Below are positions 18,121 through 28,600 of a stretch of 45,814 bases of DNA, piece by piece. A model generated the notes under the pieces. That model did no database searches and was not told the origin of the DNA. It was given only the letters and a program-made list of their open reading frames with translations. This DNA comes from a virus. Lineage: Duplodnaviria > Caudoviricetes. Position 1 is the first letter of the stretch. Each line of letters opens with the position of its first letter. A program made the position numbers and the translations under genes. The DNA is taken from positions 1 through 45,814 of IMG/VR virus record IMGVR_UViG_3300012909_000002. The stretch is one strand, 5' to 3'.

Positions 18121-20300
18121 TCTACCCCGGCAGCGTCATCCAGCGCGGGTTCTCTGGCGGTGAACTCGCGCCGGTTCTTCACGCTCGAGCAGACCATGAG
18201 AAATACACATCGGGTCTGGCGATGTGTAAGAACTTCATGGTGCTGCGGCACGGGGCGGTCGCGAACCGTCCAGGCTTCCGCTTTGTTGCTGAGTGCAAGA
18301 CGACCGACGCTAACGTGCGACTACTGCGCTATGTGAGCGAGACGCAAAACGAGTCGATGCTGCTCGAGGCCGGCGCGAACTATATCCGGTTCTACAAGAA
18401 CGGTGCGCGGGTGCTGGTGGCCGGTGTCGCTGCCTACAGTGGCGCGACACCCTACGTCCCAGGCGACCTCGTCTCAAGCGGTGGTGTGAACTACTACTGC
18501 ATCGACGACACCACCGGCAACGCGCCTCCGAACGCGCTGTTCTGGTATCCGCTCGAGGACGACATCTTCGAAATCCCGACCACCTACACCACGGCGGGCC
18601 TGTTCAATTGGACGCAGAGCGGCAACGTGATTGTGTTGACGCACCGGTTGCACGACCCGCGCGAGCTCATTTGCCTTGGCGAGACGACGTGGGTGCTGCG
18701 CCTGGCCGACACCGTGCCTGACATCTCCGAGCCGCTGGGGCTGGCATTGGCGCCAGTGGCCGGCGCACAAATCTACGCCTACATGGTGACGGCTTCGCAT
18801 GTCGACACGGGCGAGGAGAGCCTCCCGTCGCTGCCGGTGGTCGACGTCGCCATCGCAGCGCCGACGGTGGCGGTGCCTCACGCGCTGACCTGGACCGCCC
18901 ACGCGGACGCAGGGTTCTACAACGTCTACTGCGACCCGACCGGCAACGGCGTCTTCGGCTTCGTCGGAACCGCGGCGTCGAACCTGTTCAACAACCCAGG
19001 CAACATTCCCGACTTCGCGGTGACGCCACCGATCGACCGCACACCGTTCGTCAGCGCCGAGACACGTCCGCATGTCTGCGCCCACTACCAGCAGCGCCGG
19101 TTCTACGCCAATAGCATCGCCGCGCCGGAGGGTATCGAAGCCTCGCGCATCGGGTTCCCGAATAACTTCGGGCGCAGTTCCCCGCTGCAGGACGACGACG
19201 GTCTGACGTTCCGCATGGTGGGTCTGGCGAACCACCCCGTGCAGCACATGATCGGGCTGAAGCAGTTGATCGTGTTGACCGACGCCGGCGGCTGGTCGGT
19301 GGGTGAACCCAAGGTGCCGCTGACGCCGTCGAACATTCCCGCCGACCAGGAGATTTACGTCGGCGCGGCCCCGGACATCGCGCCCATCGTCGCTGGCAAT
19401 TCGCTGATCTACCTGCAGTCGCGCGGGTCAATCATCCGCGACGTGCGCTTCGACATCCAGGTCGATGGCCTGGGCGGTCGTGACCTGACCCTCTACGCTT
19501 CGCACCTGTTCGACGGCCACGTCATCGACCGCATGGACTACTCGCTGACGCCGCACTCGATCATCTGGTGTGTGCGTGACGACGGCACCCTGCTGGGCAT
19601 GACCTACGTGCGCGAGGAGGAAGTGTTCGGCTGGCACCAGCACACCACGCAGGGGAACTTCGAACAGGTCTGCACGATCCCAGAAGGACGCGAGGATGTG
19701 CTGTATGCCGTGGTGCAGCGCACGATCGACGGCAACAACGTGCGCTACATCGAGCGCATGGAGTCGCGCGACCTGGACCCCGACGAGTTCAACGAGACGT
19801 GCTTCTTCGTCGACAGCGGCCTGAGCTATAACGGGTCGCCGGCTACGGTGTTCAGCGGCCTGGATCATCTCGAGGGTGAGTCGGTCGCGGTGGTGGCTGA
19901 AGGCGTCGACCTGGGCCAGTTCACGGTGGCCGGTGGCAGCGTGACGATCCCGACCGCTTCCGGCGACGTCCACATCGGCCTGCGGTTCCCGACCACGGAG
20001 ATCGAGACGCTCGACCTGGATGCCCCTGGCACGGACATCCGCGACCGCTACAAGCGTGTCGGCGCCGTGACGTTGCTGGTCGACAAGTCATCGCGTGGGT
20101 TCTCGATCGGCCAAGACCGCGACAGCCTGACGCCCTACGAGCAGAGTTCGTTCGACTCCGAGGACGACACCTTCACGGGTCAGATCGAAGTCACGCTCGA
20201 GTCGACGTTTGAGAAACCTGGCCGCGTGGTCGTGCGGCAGGACAGCGCGTTGCCGATCTGCATCCTGGGCCTGCTGCCCAATGTCGCGGTTGGCGGATAG
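18117..20300 (+). CDS. Tail nozzle (tubular protein B-like)
   Basis: QRGFSGGELAP..R.D..KY..GL..CKNF.V..HGAV.NRPG, YQQRRF, GWHQH, RYIERM, VDSGL. Confidence 0.9.
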   Translation: MIYPGSVIQRGFSGGELAPVLHARADHEKYTSGLAMCKNFMVLRHGAVANRPGFRFVAECKTTDANVRLLRYVSETQNESMLLEAGANYIRFYKNGARVLVAGVAAYSGATPYVPGDLVSSGGVNYYCIDDTTGNAPPNALFWYPLEDDIFEIPTTYTTAGLFNWTQSGNVIVLTHRLHDPRELICLGETTWVLRLADTVPDISEPLGLALAPVAGAQIYAYMVTASHVDTGEESLPSLPVVDVAIAAPTVAVPHALTWTAHADAGFYNVYCDPTGNGVFGFVGTAASNLFNNPGNIPDFAVTPPIDRTPFVSAETRPHVCAHYQQRRFYANSIAAPEGIEASRIGFPNNFGRSSPLQDDDGLTFRMVGLANHPVQHMIGLKQLIVLTDAGGWSVGEPKVPLTPSNIPADQEIYVGAAPDIAPIVAGNSLIYLQSRGSIIRDVRFDIQVDGLGGRDLTLYASHLFDGHVIDRMDYSLTPHSIIWCVRDDGTLLGMTYVREEEVFGWHQHTTQGNFEQVCTIPEGREDVLYAVVQRTIDGNNVRYIERMESRDLDPDEFNETCFFVDSGLSYNGSPATVFSGLDHLEGESVAVVAEGVDLGQFTVAGGSVTIPTASGDVHIGLRFPTTEIETLDLDAPGTDIRDRYKRVGAVTLLVDKSSRGFSIGQDRDSLTPYEQSSFDSEDDTFTGQIEVTLESTFEKPGRVVVRQDSALPICILGLLPNVAVGG

Positions 20301-20315
20301 AATGAGGCACACATC

Positions 20316-20909
20316 ATGGCCGTAGGCACCGCAATGCTCGTCATGGCAATCGCCAGCACCGCCGTCTCCACCTACGGTGCGATCAAGCAGGGGAACGCTG
20401 CGAAGAAGGCCGGCGAGAAACAGCAGGAGGCGGCTGAGAGCATGGCCGACCTCTCGGACTTCAACGCCGCGGTGGCCGACGTGCAAGCGCAGGATGCGCT
20501 CGACCGTGGTGCTGAAGACGAGTCCAGGTTCCGAATGCAGGTTCGCGGTGCCGTGGGTGCTCAACGCGCCGGCTTCGCCGCGATGAATGTCGACGTCGGC
20601 TACGGGTCGGCGCTCGACGTGCAGCAGGACGCGGCCACCCTGGGCGAGCTCGACGCGCTGACCATCCGCAGCAACGCACAACGCGAGGCGTGGGGCTACA
20701 AGGTTGCGGCCTACGACTACCGCAAGCGTGGTGAAGTGCAGCGCGAGGAAGGCGTCATGCTGGCCGAGTCGGGTCGAGCAGGGCAGACCGCCGCGCGTAT
20801 CGGCGCCGTCAGCAACGTGATCGGCGTCACCGGTTCGCTGATGCAGCAACGCTACGGGTTCGGCTCTAGTCGCACCACCAACACGCCCACCACCACGGGG
20901 AACCCCTAA
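20316..20909 (+). CDS. Internal virion/ejection protein A (T7 gp14-like position)
   Basis: Hydrophobic N-terminus, GAQRAGFAA.NVD...GSALD, after the nozzle gene. Confidence 0.75.
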   Translation: MAVGTAMLVMAIASTAVSTYGAIKQGNAAKKAGEKQQEAAESMADLSDFNAAVADVQAQDALDRGAEDESRFRMQVRGAVGAQRAGFAAMNVDVGYGSALDVQQDAATLGELDALTIRSNAQREAWGYKVAAYDYRKRGEVQREEGVMLAESGRAGQTAARIGAVSNVIGVTGSLMQQRYGFGSSRTTNTPTTTGNP

Positions 20910-22636
20910 TGCCCGTCGCACGACAGCAGCGTCAGGTCGGCACCGCGGCCCTTCCAGGTGCGAGACTCACTGCGGCTAAGACCGCCACCTCGACCGGCGC
21001 TGGGTTGGCGCAGGCAGAGGGCGAAGTCGGCCAGGCCATCGAGCGCCTGGGTGCGGTCGGCACCGCGCTGGGCGTCAGCACCTACGGGCGCGTGATGGAA
21101 GAGGAGCGGCAACGCGCCGACAACATCGCGCTGCTGAAGGCCGACAACAAAATCTCGGAGTGGAAGAACAACCGGCTGTTCAACACCGTCGATGGCGCCT
21201 TCACAAAAAAGGGCGCGGACGCGATGGGTCTACCCGAACAGGTGAACGACGAGTTCATCGCGCTGACGAGCGAACTCGAGAAGGACATGAACGACCGGCA
21301 ACGCGCGAGGTTCGCGGCGGTGCGGTCACAGCACGGCACCGGCCTGGACTTGACGTTGCGCCGGTATCAGTTGGAAGAGACGAACCGCTACGAGGCCGAC
21401 GAGCTTGAGGCGAAGATCAAGAACTCGTTGTCGAGCGGCTGGTCGAACGCGCAAGACCCGAAGCAGGTAGGCATCGACCTGGAGGCCGGGACGAATGCCA
21501 TCAAGCTGCACATGAAGCAGATGGGCGCAGGGCCGAAGACCATCGAGCAGAAGACGCTCGAGTTTTCTTCAGCGATGCACAGCGGCGTGATCGAACGGTT
21601 GGTCAACAGCGGCCAGGACATGAAGGCGTCGGCCTACTTCGACGAGGTCAAAGGCACGGGGCAACTGACCGGCAAGGCGCTGGGCGACATCGAGAAGGCA
21701 CTCGAGACGGGTTCGCTGCGCGGCGAGTCCCAGCGCAAGGCCGACGAGATCACGGCGACCGGCAAGAGTTACGACGAGATGATTGCCGAGGTGAAGAAGA
21801 TCAAGGATCCCAAACTGCAGGACGCCACCAGGGAGCGCGTCGAACACTTCGACACCAAGCGCGACCAGCAGAAGCGGGAAGCCGAAGAGGTTATCGTCAA
21901 GAACGCTTACACCATCGTCGAGCGCACGAAGGACTGGCGCAGTGTGCCGGTCAGTGAATGGCAGAAGATGTCGCCGGCGTCCAGGTCGATGCTGCGCTCG
22001 GTGTCGGAGCACCTGACTGAAGGGGTGCCGGTGAAGACGGTGCCGTCGACCTACTACACCCTGACGCAGGAAGCGGTCGACGACCCCGACAAGTTCATCA
22101 AGCGCAACATCCTCGAGTCAGCCGGTCGGCTCAGCCCCAGCGACCTGGAGCAGATGATGAACCTGCAGATGCAGATCAAAAGCTCCGGCAAGGCCGCAGC
22201 CGCGGCGCAGGCGGCGAAGACCCTCAACGGTCTGCGAACGAACTCGGAGATATGGAACGGCGTGTTGTTCGACTCCGGCCTGGACAAGGACAGCGACGAG
22301 GCCCACGAACTGCACAAGGAACTCGACCGTCGCATCGACGCCCTACAGGACGCGAAGAAGGGGCAGGCCACCAACACCGAAATGCAGGAGGTGGCCGACA
22401 GCCTGGTCGGCAACATCGTGCTGCAGCCGGGATCCTGGTCGAACATCATTCCAGGTGGCGCACCGTTCTACGACGTCACCAAACCGATGCGGAGCGTGAC
22501 GGTGGCCGACATCCCACCGAACGAGCGGAGCGCGACGATCAACCGACTGAAGCAGAGCGGCATCCCAATCACCGACGATTCAATCTTCACGCATTGGGTA
22601 AAGGCGAAACGCGCAATGGGACAGGTGAAAAAGTGA
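20909..22636 (+). CDS. Internal virion/ejection protein B
   Basis: All-helical 575 aa with KKGADAMG motif, between ejection protein A and the giant protein. Confidence 0.7.
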   Translation: MPVARQQRQVGTAALPGARLTAAKTATSTGAGLAQAEGEVGQAIERLGAVGTALGVSTYGRVMEEERQRADNIALLKADNKISEWKNNRLFNTVDGAFTKKGADAMGLPEQVNDEFIALTSELEKDMNDRQRARFAAVRSQHGTGLDLTLRRYQLEETNRYEADELEAKIKNSLSSGWSNAQDPKQVGIDLEAGTNAIKLHMKQMGAGPKTIEQKTLEFSSAMHSGVIERLVNSGQDMKASAYFDEVKGTGQLTGKALGDIEKALETGSLRGESQRKADEITATGKSYDEMIAEVKKIKDPKLQDATRERVEHFDTKRDQQKREAEEVIVKNAYTIVERTKDWRSVPVSEWQKMSPASRSMLRSVSEHLTEGVPVKTVPSTYYTLTQEAVDDPDKFIKRNILESAGRLSPSDLEQMMNLQMQIKSSGKAAAAAQAAKTLNGLRTNSEIWNGVLFDSGLDKDSDEAHELHKELDRRIDALQDAKKGQATNTEMQEVADSLVGNIVLQPGSWSNIIPGGAPFYDVTKPMRSVTVADIPPNERSATINRLKQSGIPITDDSIFTHWVKAKRAMGQVKK

Positions 22637-25600
22637 CGCCGTTCGACGAGGCACTCGACGATGTGATCGACGAACAACAGGCACCTGTCGCCCAGGTCGC
22701 GCCGGATGTCGACCCTGCCTTCTCGGCGGCACTCGACACCACGGTGAAGCAGTCGACGTCCGACTCGACGGCGAAGCTGCGCGAGTCGACCAAGCAAGCC
22801 GAGCAGATGGCCCCTGACCGTGCGGCGAACGTCTACCGGATGTCGAAGCAGTTGGGCATCTCGCCAGAGAGCGTCAATCGCAACTACGACCGCTACGCCA
22901 AGAGCCTCGCGCGTGACGAGAAACCCCTAGCCGAGATTCAGGCATCGTCGCCGCACCTGGCCGAGTGGCTGCAGGAACCGGCTCACGCCGCTGTGTCGCA
23001 GGACGACCTTGAGAACCTTGGCACCCTGGAGTGGTTGCTGACGGGGCCGCAACGCGCGATGACGAAGGGCATCTTCCAGATCGAGGTGTCGCGCCTTCGC
23101 ACGAAGTCGATGTTTGGCGAGCTCACCCAGCGTGAGCAAGACCAGTTGACGGCGGCGAAGAACCTGATGACCGAGCACGAACGCGACGGCTCAGGCGATT
23201 CATGGTTCCGTCGCGCGGTGGCCGGCACGGCAGGGCAGATCCCGAACCTGATCGCCACCATCCCGGCTGGCCTGCAGCGTTCGGCCTACACCATTCCAGG
23301 TGCGGTGGGCGTTGGGCTTGGCGCGGCGGCAGTCATGGGAACGGCACCGCTGTCGATCCCCGCCTTGATGGGCGCTGGCCTGACGGCTGGGATGATGAGC
23401 ACGGGCGCCGAGTTCGGGTTCCAATTGGAAGCCGGTCTGGCCTACGACGAGTTCCTGGCCTTCAAGGACGAGTTCGGCCAACCGATCGCACCCGAAGCCG
23501 CCAAGGCCGGAGCGGTCGTGGCAGGGGCGCTGAACGCTGGTTTGGAGATGGTCGGCCTAGGGTTCCTGGCCCGACAGTTCCCCGGCATCGAGAAGCTGAC
23601 CGGCATGGCTGGCCGGAATGCCGTCAGAGCGGCCCTGCGAGTGCCTACAGTGCGTTCGGCGCTGGTCGAGGCGGGGAAGATGTTCGGCCAGACGCTGGCC
23701 GCAGAGACGTCCGTAGAAGTCGCGCAACGGGCCTTCACGATCATGGGCGGCGAACTGTCGAAGATCGCCAGCGGCCAGGACATCGCGCCGATCACGGGTG
23801 GGCAGTTCTTTGGCGACCTGGCCGAAGAAGGCGTCGGTGCGCTCGAGGCATTCGCCTTGATGTCGCTGCCTGGACCGGTGATGGGCGCGAACATCGACGT
23901 CCGTCGCGCGAAGCTGGCATCACAGAACTCCGAGTTCTTCAGCGCCTTGGGTGGCGCGGTGAAGGCGTCGAAGACCGGTGAGCGGATGCCTGAGGCGCTG
24001 CAGACGCTGATCGAGAAGGCCACCAAGGATGGCCCCATCGAGACGGTCTACGCCCCTGTCGAGTCCTGGAAGGCTTACTGGCAAAGCAAGGGGATCGACC
24101 CCGAAGAGATGGCGACCGAGGTCACCGGCAACCCTGATGCGCTCAAGCAGGCCGAGATCACGGGCGAGCACCTCGCGATGCCGATGGCGACCTACGCCAC
24201 GAAGCTGGCCGGCACCGAGCACAACGCCGCGCTGTCGCAGGAACTGAAGCTGGGCGACCCGAACGCGATGAACGCGCGGGAGCAGAAGCAGTTCATCGCC
24301 GACCAGAAGGCCGAAGCCGCGGCAGCAGCGGATGCCGCCGACCCAAACAAGCCGGTGCTCGATGCGGTGCGAACCGAAGTGGAGCAGCAACTGCAGACGG
24401 CCATCACGGCGTCGGGCCTGAAACTGCCAGCCGACTTCGCGTCGACCAACGCCGAGGTGTGGCAGGAAATGCTCACGACGATGGCCGCGAACGAGGGCAT
24501 CGATCCGGTCGAGTTCCTGCGTGAGCACCTGAGCGGCATTGCTGGCCCCCTGGAGACGGACGAGTCTGCGCTGGCCGAAGGCGACACCATGTCGCAGTCG
24601 GCGCCGACGGAGTTGCAGGGCGAGAAGTGGGAAAAGGCCAAGGCGCTCTACGCCGAATGGGGTGGGCTGGAAGAGCGGCACGGCGTTAGGATGGCGACCG
24701 CGCTGAAGAAGGCCGGGATCAAGTTGCCGTCGCGCAGTGGCGCCGAACGCGCAGCCGCGCACAAGCTGGTCGAGCAGGCGCTGAACCTCGCCCACGCGCC
24801 GGCTGGGCCGACCGAGGGGCCGTTCGCTCAGCAGGCACGGCGGCAAGCGGTCGAAGAGAAACTCGACGCGAACGACGCGAGAGCACAGGCGCTGGCGCTC
24901 GATATGACGCCAACGTGGACGCCGGAGAGCGGGACAGTCCCACAGCAGAACATTCCAGCACCGCGGCCTGGAGAGGTGTGGTTTCACGGTGGCCCTGTTG
25001 GTAGTCTCGACAACGCCGTCGCGCGGCCACTGTTCCTAACGCGCGACAAGGGTGGTGCTGAATGGTTCGTGACGAACCGAGGCGACCGCGAGAACGTGCT
25101 GCAGTCGACGCCGGTTCATGTCGAGAACCCAGCGAGGATGAGGGACTTGATGGCGGCGGTGGCCGACGTCGGTGCCACAGAAGCGGACATCAGCGAGAAC
25201 AGCAGTTACGACGGCACGAACGACATCGACTACGTCTACGTGCCTGCGGTGCGCGAGGCGTTGCTGGCGAGAGGGTTCGACTCCCTGCTGGCGTCCGATG
25301 TGCTCGAGAACGGCAGCATCGAGATCCTGGTGCCGCTGACGGGAGACTACGCTGCGCCCAAGGGCGAGTCTGAGTTCTTCCAGACGAAACAGGAAGAGGA
25401 AGACGAGGCCGCAGGCATCACGCGGTCGAACCTGAACGTCGCGCCGGCGCAGACGGTGAATGGGCGACTCCGCTTGTCGACGCGCGTCCCATCAGGGCCG
25501 GATGCGCCGACGCAGACCGAGGTGCTCCGCACCGCGATGGACGTGGCGCTGATGGCGCCAGCGGCCAAGGGCAAGGAGTCGTTCCTGGTTCGCAGTGCGC

Positions 25601-28600
25601 GGTTGATCCGCAGCACCATCACGCGCCTGCCGAAGCTGGGCGGCGACACGGTGCCGCTGTTCCCGCAGTTGACCGACGACGAACGCGCGAACCTGAGCGA
25701 CGAGGAACTGGTCGAGCGGTTGGTCCAGGTGATGACCGACAACCTCCGGTGGTTGTGGGACGCAGCGGCGCCGTTCGCTGACCGCGCAAAGCTCTGGTAT
25801 GTCGGTGCTCACCGCATCTCGCTGAACATGGCCGACGAGTTCGGCATCTCGCCGGCGCAGGCGGCTGGCGTGTTGGCAACGCTCTCTCCGCAAATGGACT
25901 GGTTCAAGAACGTCGACCTGGCCTATCGGGTGCTGCGTATCTATCAGCGGACGTCGCGCGAGAACACCAAGTTCACGACCGCGCTGTTTAATTCCTACGC
26001 GACACGGCAGGCCGGTGGCGCTGGGTCGTCGACCCGTGGCGACAAGGCTCACGTCACGAAACAGATCGCGCAGGAGCGTAAGGACTACGAGGGCAAGACC
26101 TGGTCGGAGATGGACAATCTCGGCAAGGCCATGCTGCTGCGAACGCTCGACGAAGAGGAAGGCTTTAAGCAATATCGCATCATCACGCCGGAAGGAAACT
26201 TCGGCGACTACGTCAGGAACCAACCGAGCAAGAAGCAGTTGGCCGCTGGCCTGCCTGGAGACTACGGCGACGTCGGCTGGGGAACCTTCAAGTTCATCGG
26301 CAACGCGATATCGATCCTAGAAGACGGCAGCGTTCAGAACATTCATTTGCGTGTCGGCGGCGAACACAAGGTGCGGTCGTTCTTTAACAACATCAGCGAC
26401 CCGGACTACGCCGGCGCGGTGACAATGGACACCCACGCGAACGCGGCTGCGCTACTGAAGCCCGTGTCTGGCAAATACCTCGAGGTCGAGGTGATGATGG
26501 GCAAAGGGCCGGGGTCGAACAACGTCGGCCTGCAGGGACTGAACGCTTACTTCGCTGAAGCCTACAACCGACTGGCAGAGGAGCTTGGCGTGTTGCCGCG
26601 CGAGGTGCAGTCGGTGACCTGGGAAGCCGTGCGCGGTCTGTTCCAGGACTCACAGAAAGGCGTCCCGCTGACCCGGGCGGTCGACCAGTTGTGGGCCGAG
26701 CGGTCTGCTGGTAAGCTCACCGTCGATGACTTCCACGCAAGGCTACTGGCAGCGGCGGGCGGTATCCGACCCCCTGATTGGGTTAATACTTCGAATGCGA
26801 CAACCGGTGACGAAGGAGTCGTATCTCCGGGCGATGCACGGGGGGACGCTGCCGGAGTCGATCGACGCGGAGATTCAGGGAGCGGTGCCGCAGGACGTCC
26901 CGGGCGACTGGCCCTTGGGCCTGACCGGCTCCACCGAGGCGTCTGGATCCAGCGCCAAGACGGCGCCAAAGCAGCCTCGCCCGAAGCCGTAGCCGCCGAA
27001 GAGGAAGAGTTCTACCAGAGCGCGGCTGAACCCTCGCCCATCTTCTACTCGCGCCTGCTGGCTGCGGTGACCGCTACGCCGATGAAGTCGGCCACCGGAC
27101 AGAAGTGGAAGGGCGTCATTCACAAGTGGGCCAAAGCTGCGCCCACGCCAACCCTGGGCAAGTCCTGGCTCGAGGGCATCAACCAAGCCGAGCTCGCCAT
27201 CACCAAGGTCGACGACCTAGAGGACGGCAAGTCCTACACCAAGGACGAAGTCCTGCAGTATCTCAGCGTCCGCACGGTCACGGTGAGCCAGGTGATTCTG
27301 GGCGACCCTGTGTCGAGATCGCTGGCCGAAGCCGACGCCGAGAAGGCGATCATGGCCGACGCGCAGAAGCACTACGACGAACTGGCGCAGGAGATATTCG
27401 ACAGCTTCCCGCCAGCTGACTTTGAGCCTGTCGTCAGCACGTTCGAAGAAGACGGCAAGCTGTGGTATCAGGCCCAGGTCGGCGACCAACCGATCGAAGA
27501 CGAGGTCTACGACACGCTCGAGGAGGCCACCGAAGCGGCCAGGACTGAAGCCGAGCGGCGAAACGCGGCCTACGACAGCGAACGAATGGTCGACGCCAGG
27601 AACATGGTCGATTGGGGCGACGTGGTCGAGCAGGCGCGTGAGAACTACGCCGACATCAATGGTCGCGACATCGTCGTCAACGAAACGCAGTTCGATACCT
27701 ACGTGACCGCTGGCGCCATCCCCGGCAGCTATCGCGAAGCGTTCGTGACCGCAGATGAAGCGTTCACGGAGCCTGTCGACCCAGAGGCGCTGCGCGAAGT
27801 GAAGGCGCGATACGACCGCGACATCGCCATCGCCACCGACACGCGCCAGGTCTACGACAAGTCGAACCTGAGAGTCGCGATGAAGGCCAGAGGCGACGGG
27901 TTTGCTGACACCGACATGGAGGTGCTGAAGGCCGAGCGCAAAGTCGCCGGTGACACATGGGAGGCCGCAGCCGAGACGGCGCGAGAGTCGTTGGCGGAAT
28001 GGCAGAAGTTGGAAGACAAGTCGAAGGCGCCAACCTGGTTCGACGGCCATGATCAATACAGCGAGATCGAGCGCCCGATCGTCAGGGTTCGATTCAACGC
28101 GCGGCATGGCTACGAAGTAGGCGGTGACTCGCAACCACAGCGCGTGATGTTTCTCGAGGAAGTGCAACCGCCGAGCGCGACCGAGCAAAAGGATATGCCG
28201 GCGCTGTTCGTGAAGAACTGGCGCGAGATCGCGTTCAAGTGGGCGCTGCGCTATGCCGCCGAGAACGGGTTCGCCGCGGTCGCCTGGACCACAGGGGAGC
28301 AGCAGTCGGAACGCTACAAGCTGTCGTCTCAGGTGCGCTCGATTAACTGGTATCCACGGGGGCATGTCTACGGGGAAGCGCCGTCGACCGCGACCAAGGA
28401 TGTCGTGATCCACGTCACGCGAGGCAACGCCTCGTATACGGCTGCGGTCAACAAGGACGGCGTGATCGAGTGGTCGCCTGGTCGCAACGCAGCCTGGGTC
28501 GGGGAACACCTGTCGGCGATCATCGGCAAGGACATCGCCGACCAGGTGATGGCTGGCGACAAGGGCGAGCTGACCGGCGTTGGGTTGGACGTTGGCGGTG

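Noticed and set aside
22252-22632. N-terminal 127 aa of the 3603-aa ORF call
   Set aside because: It overlaps the upstream gene and has shadow-frame R/G composition. GTG 22633 with RBS and GTGA coupling is the better start.
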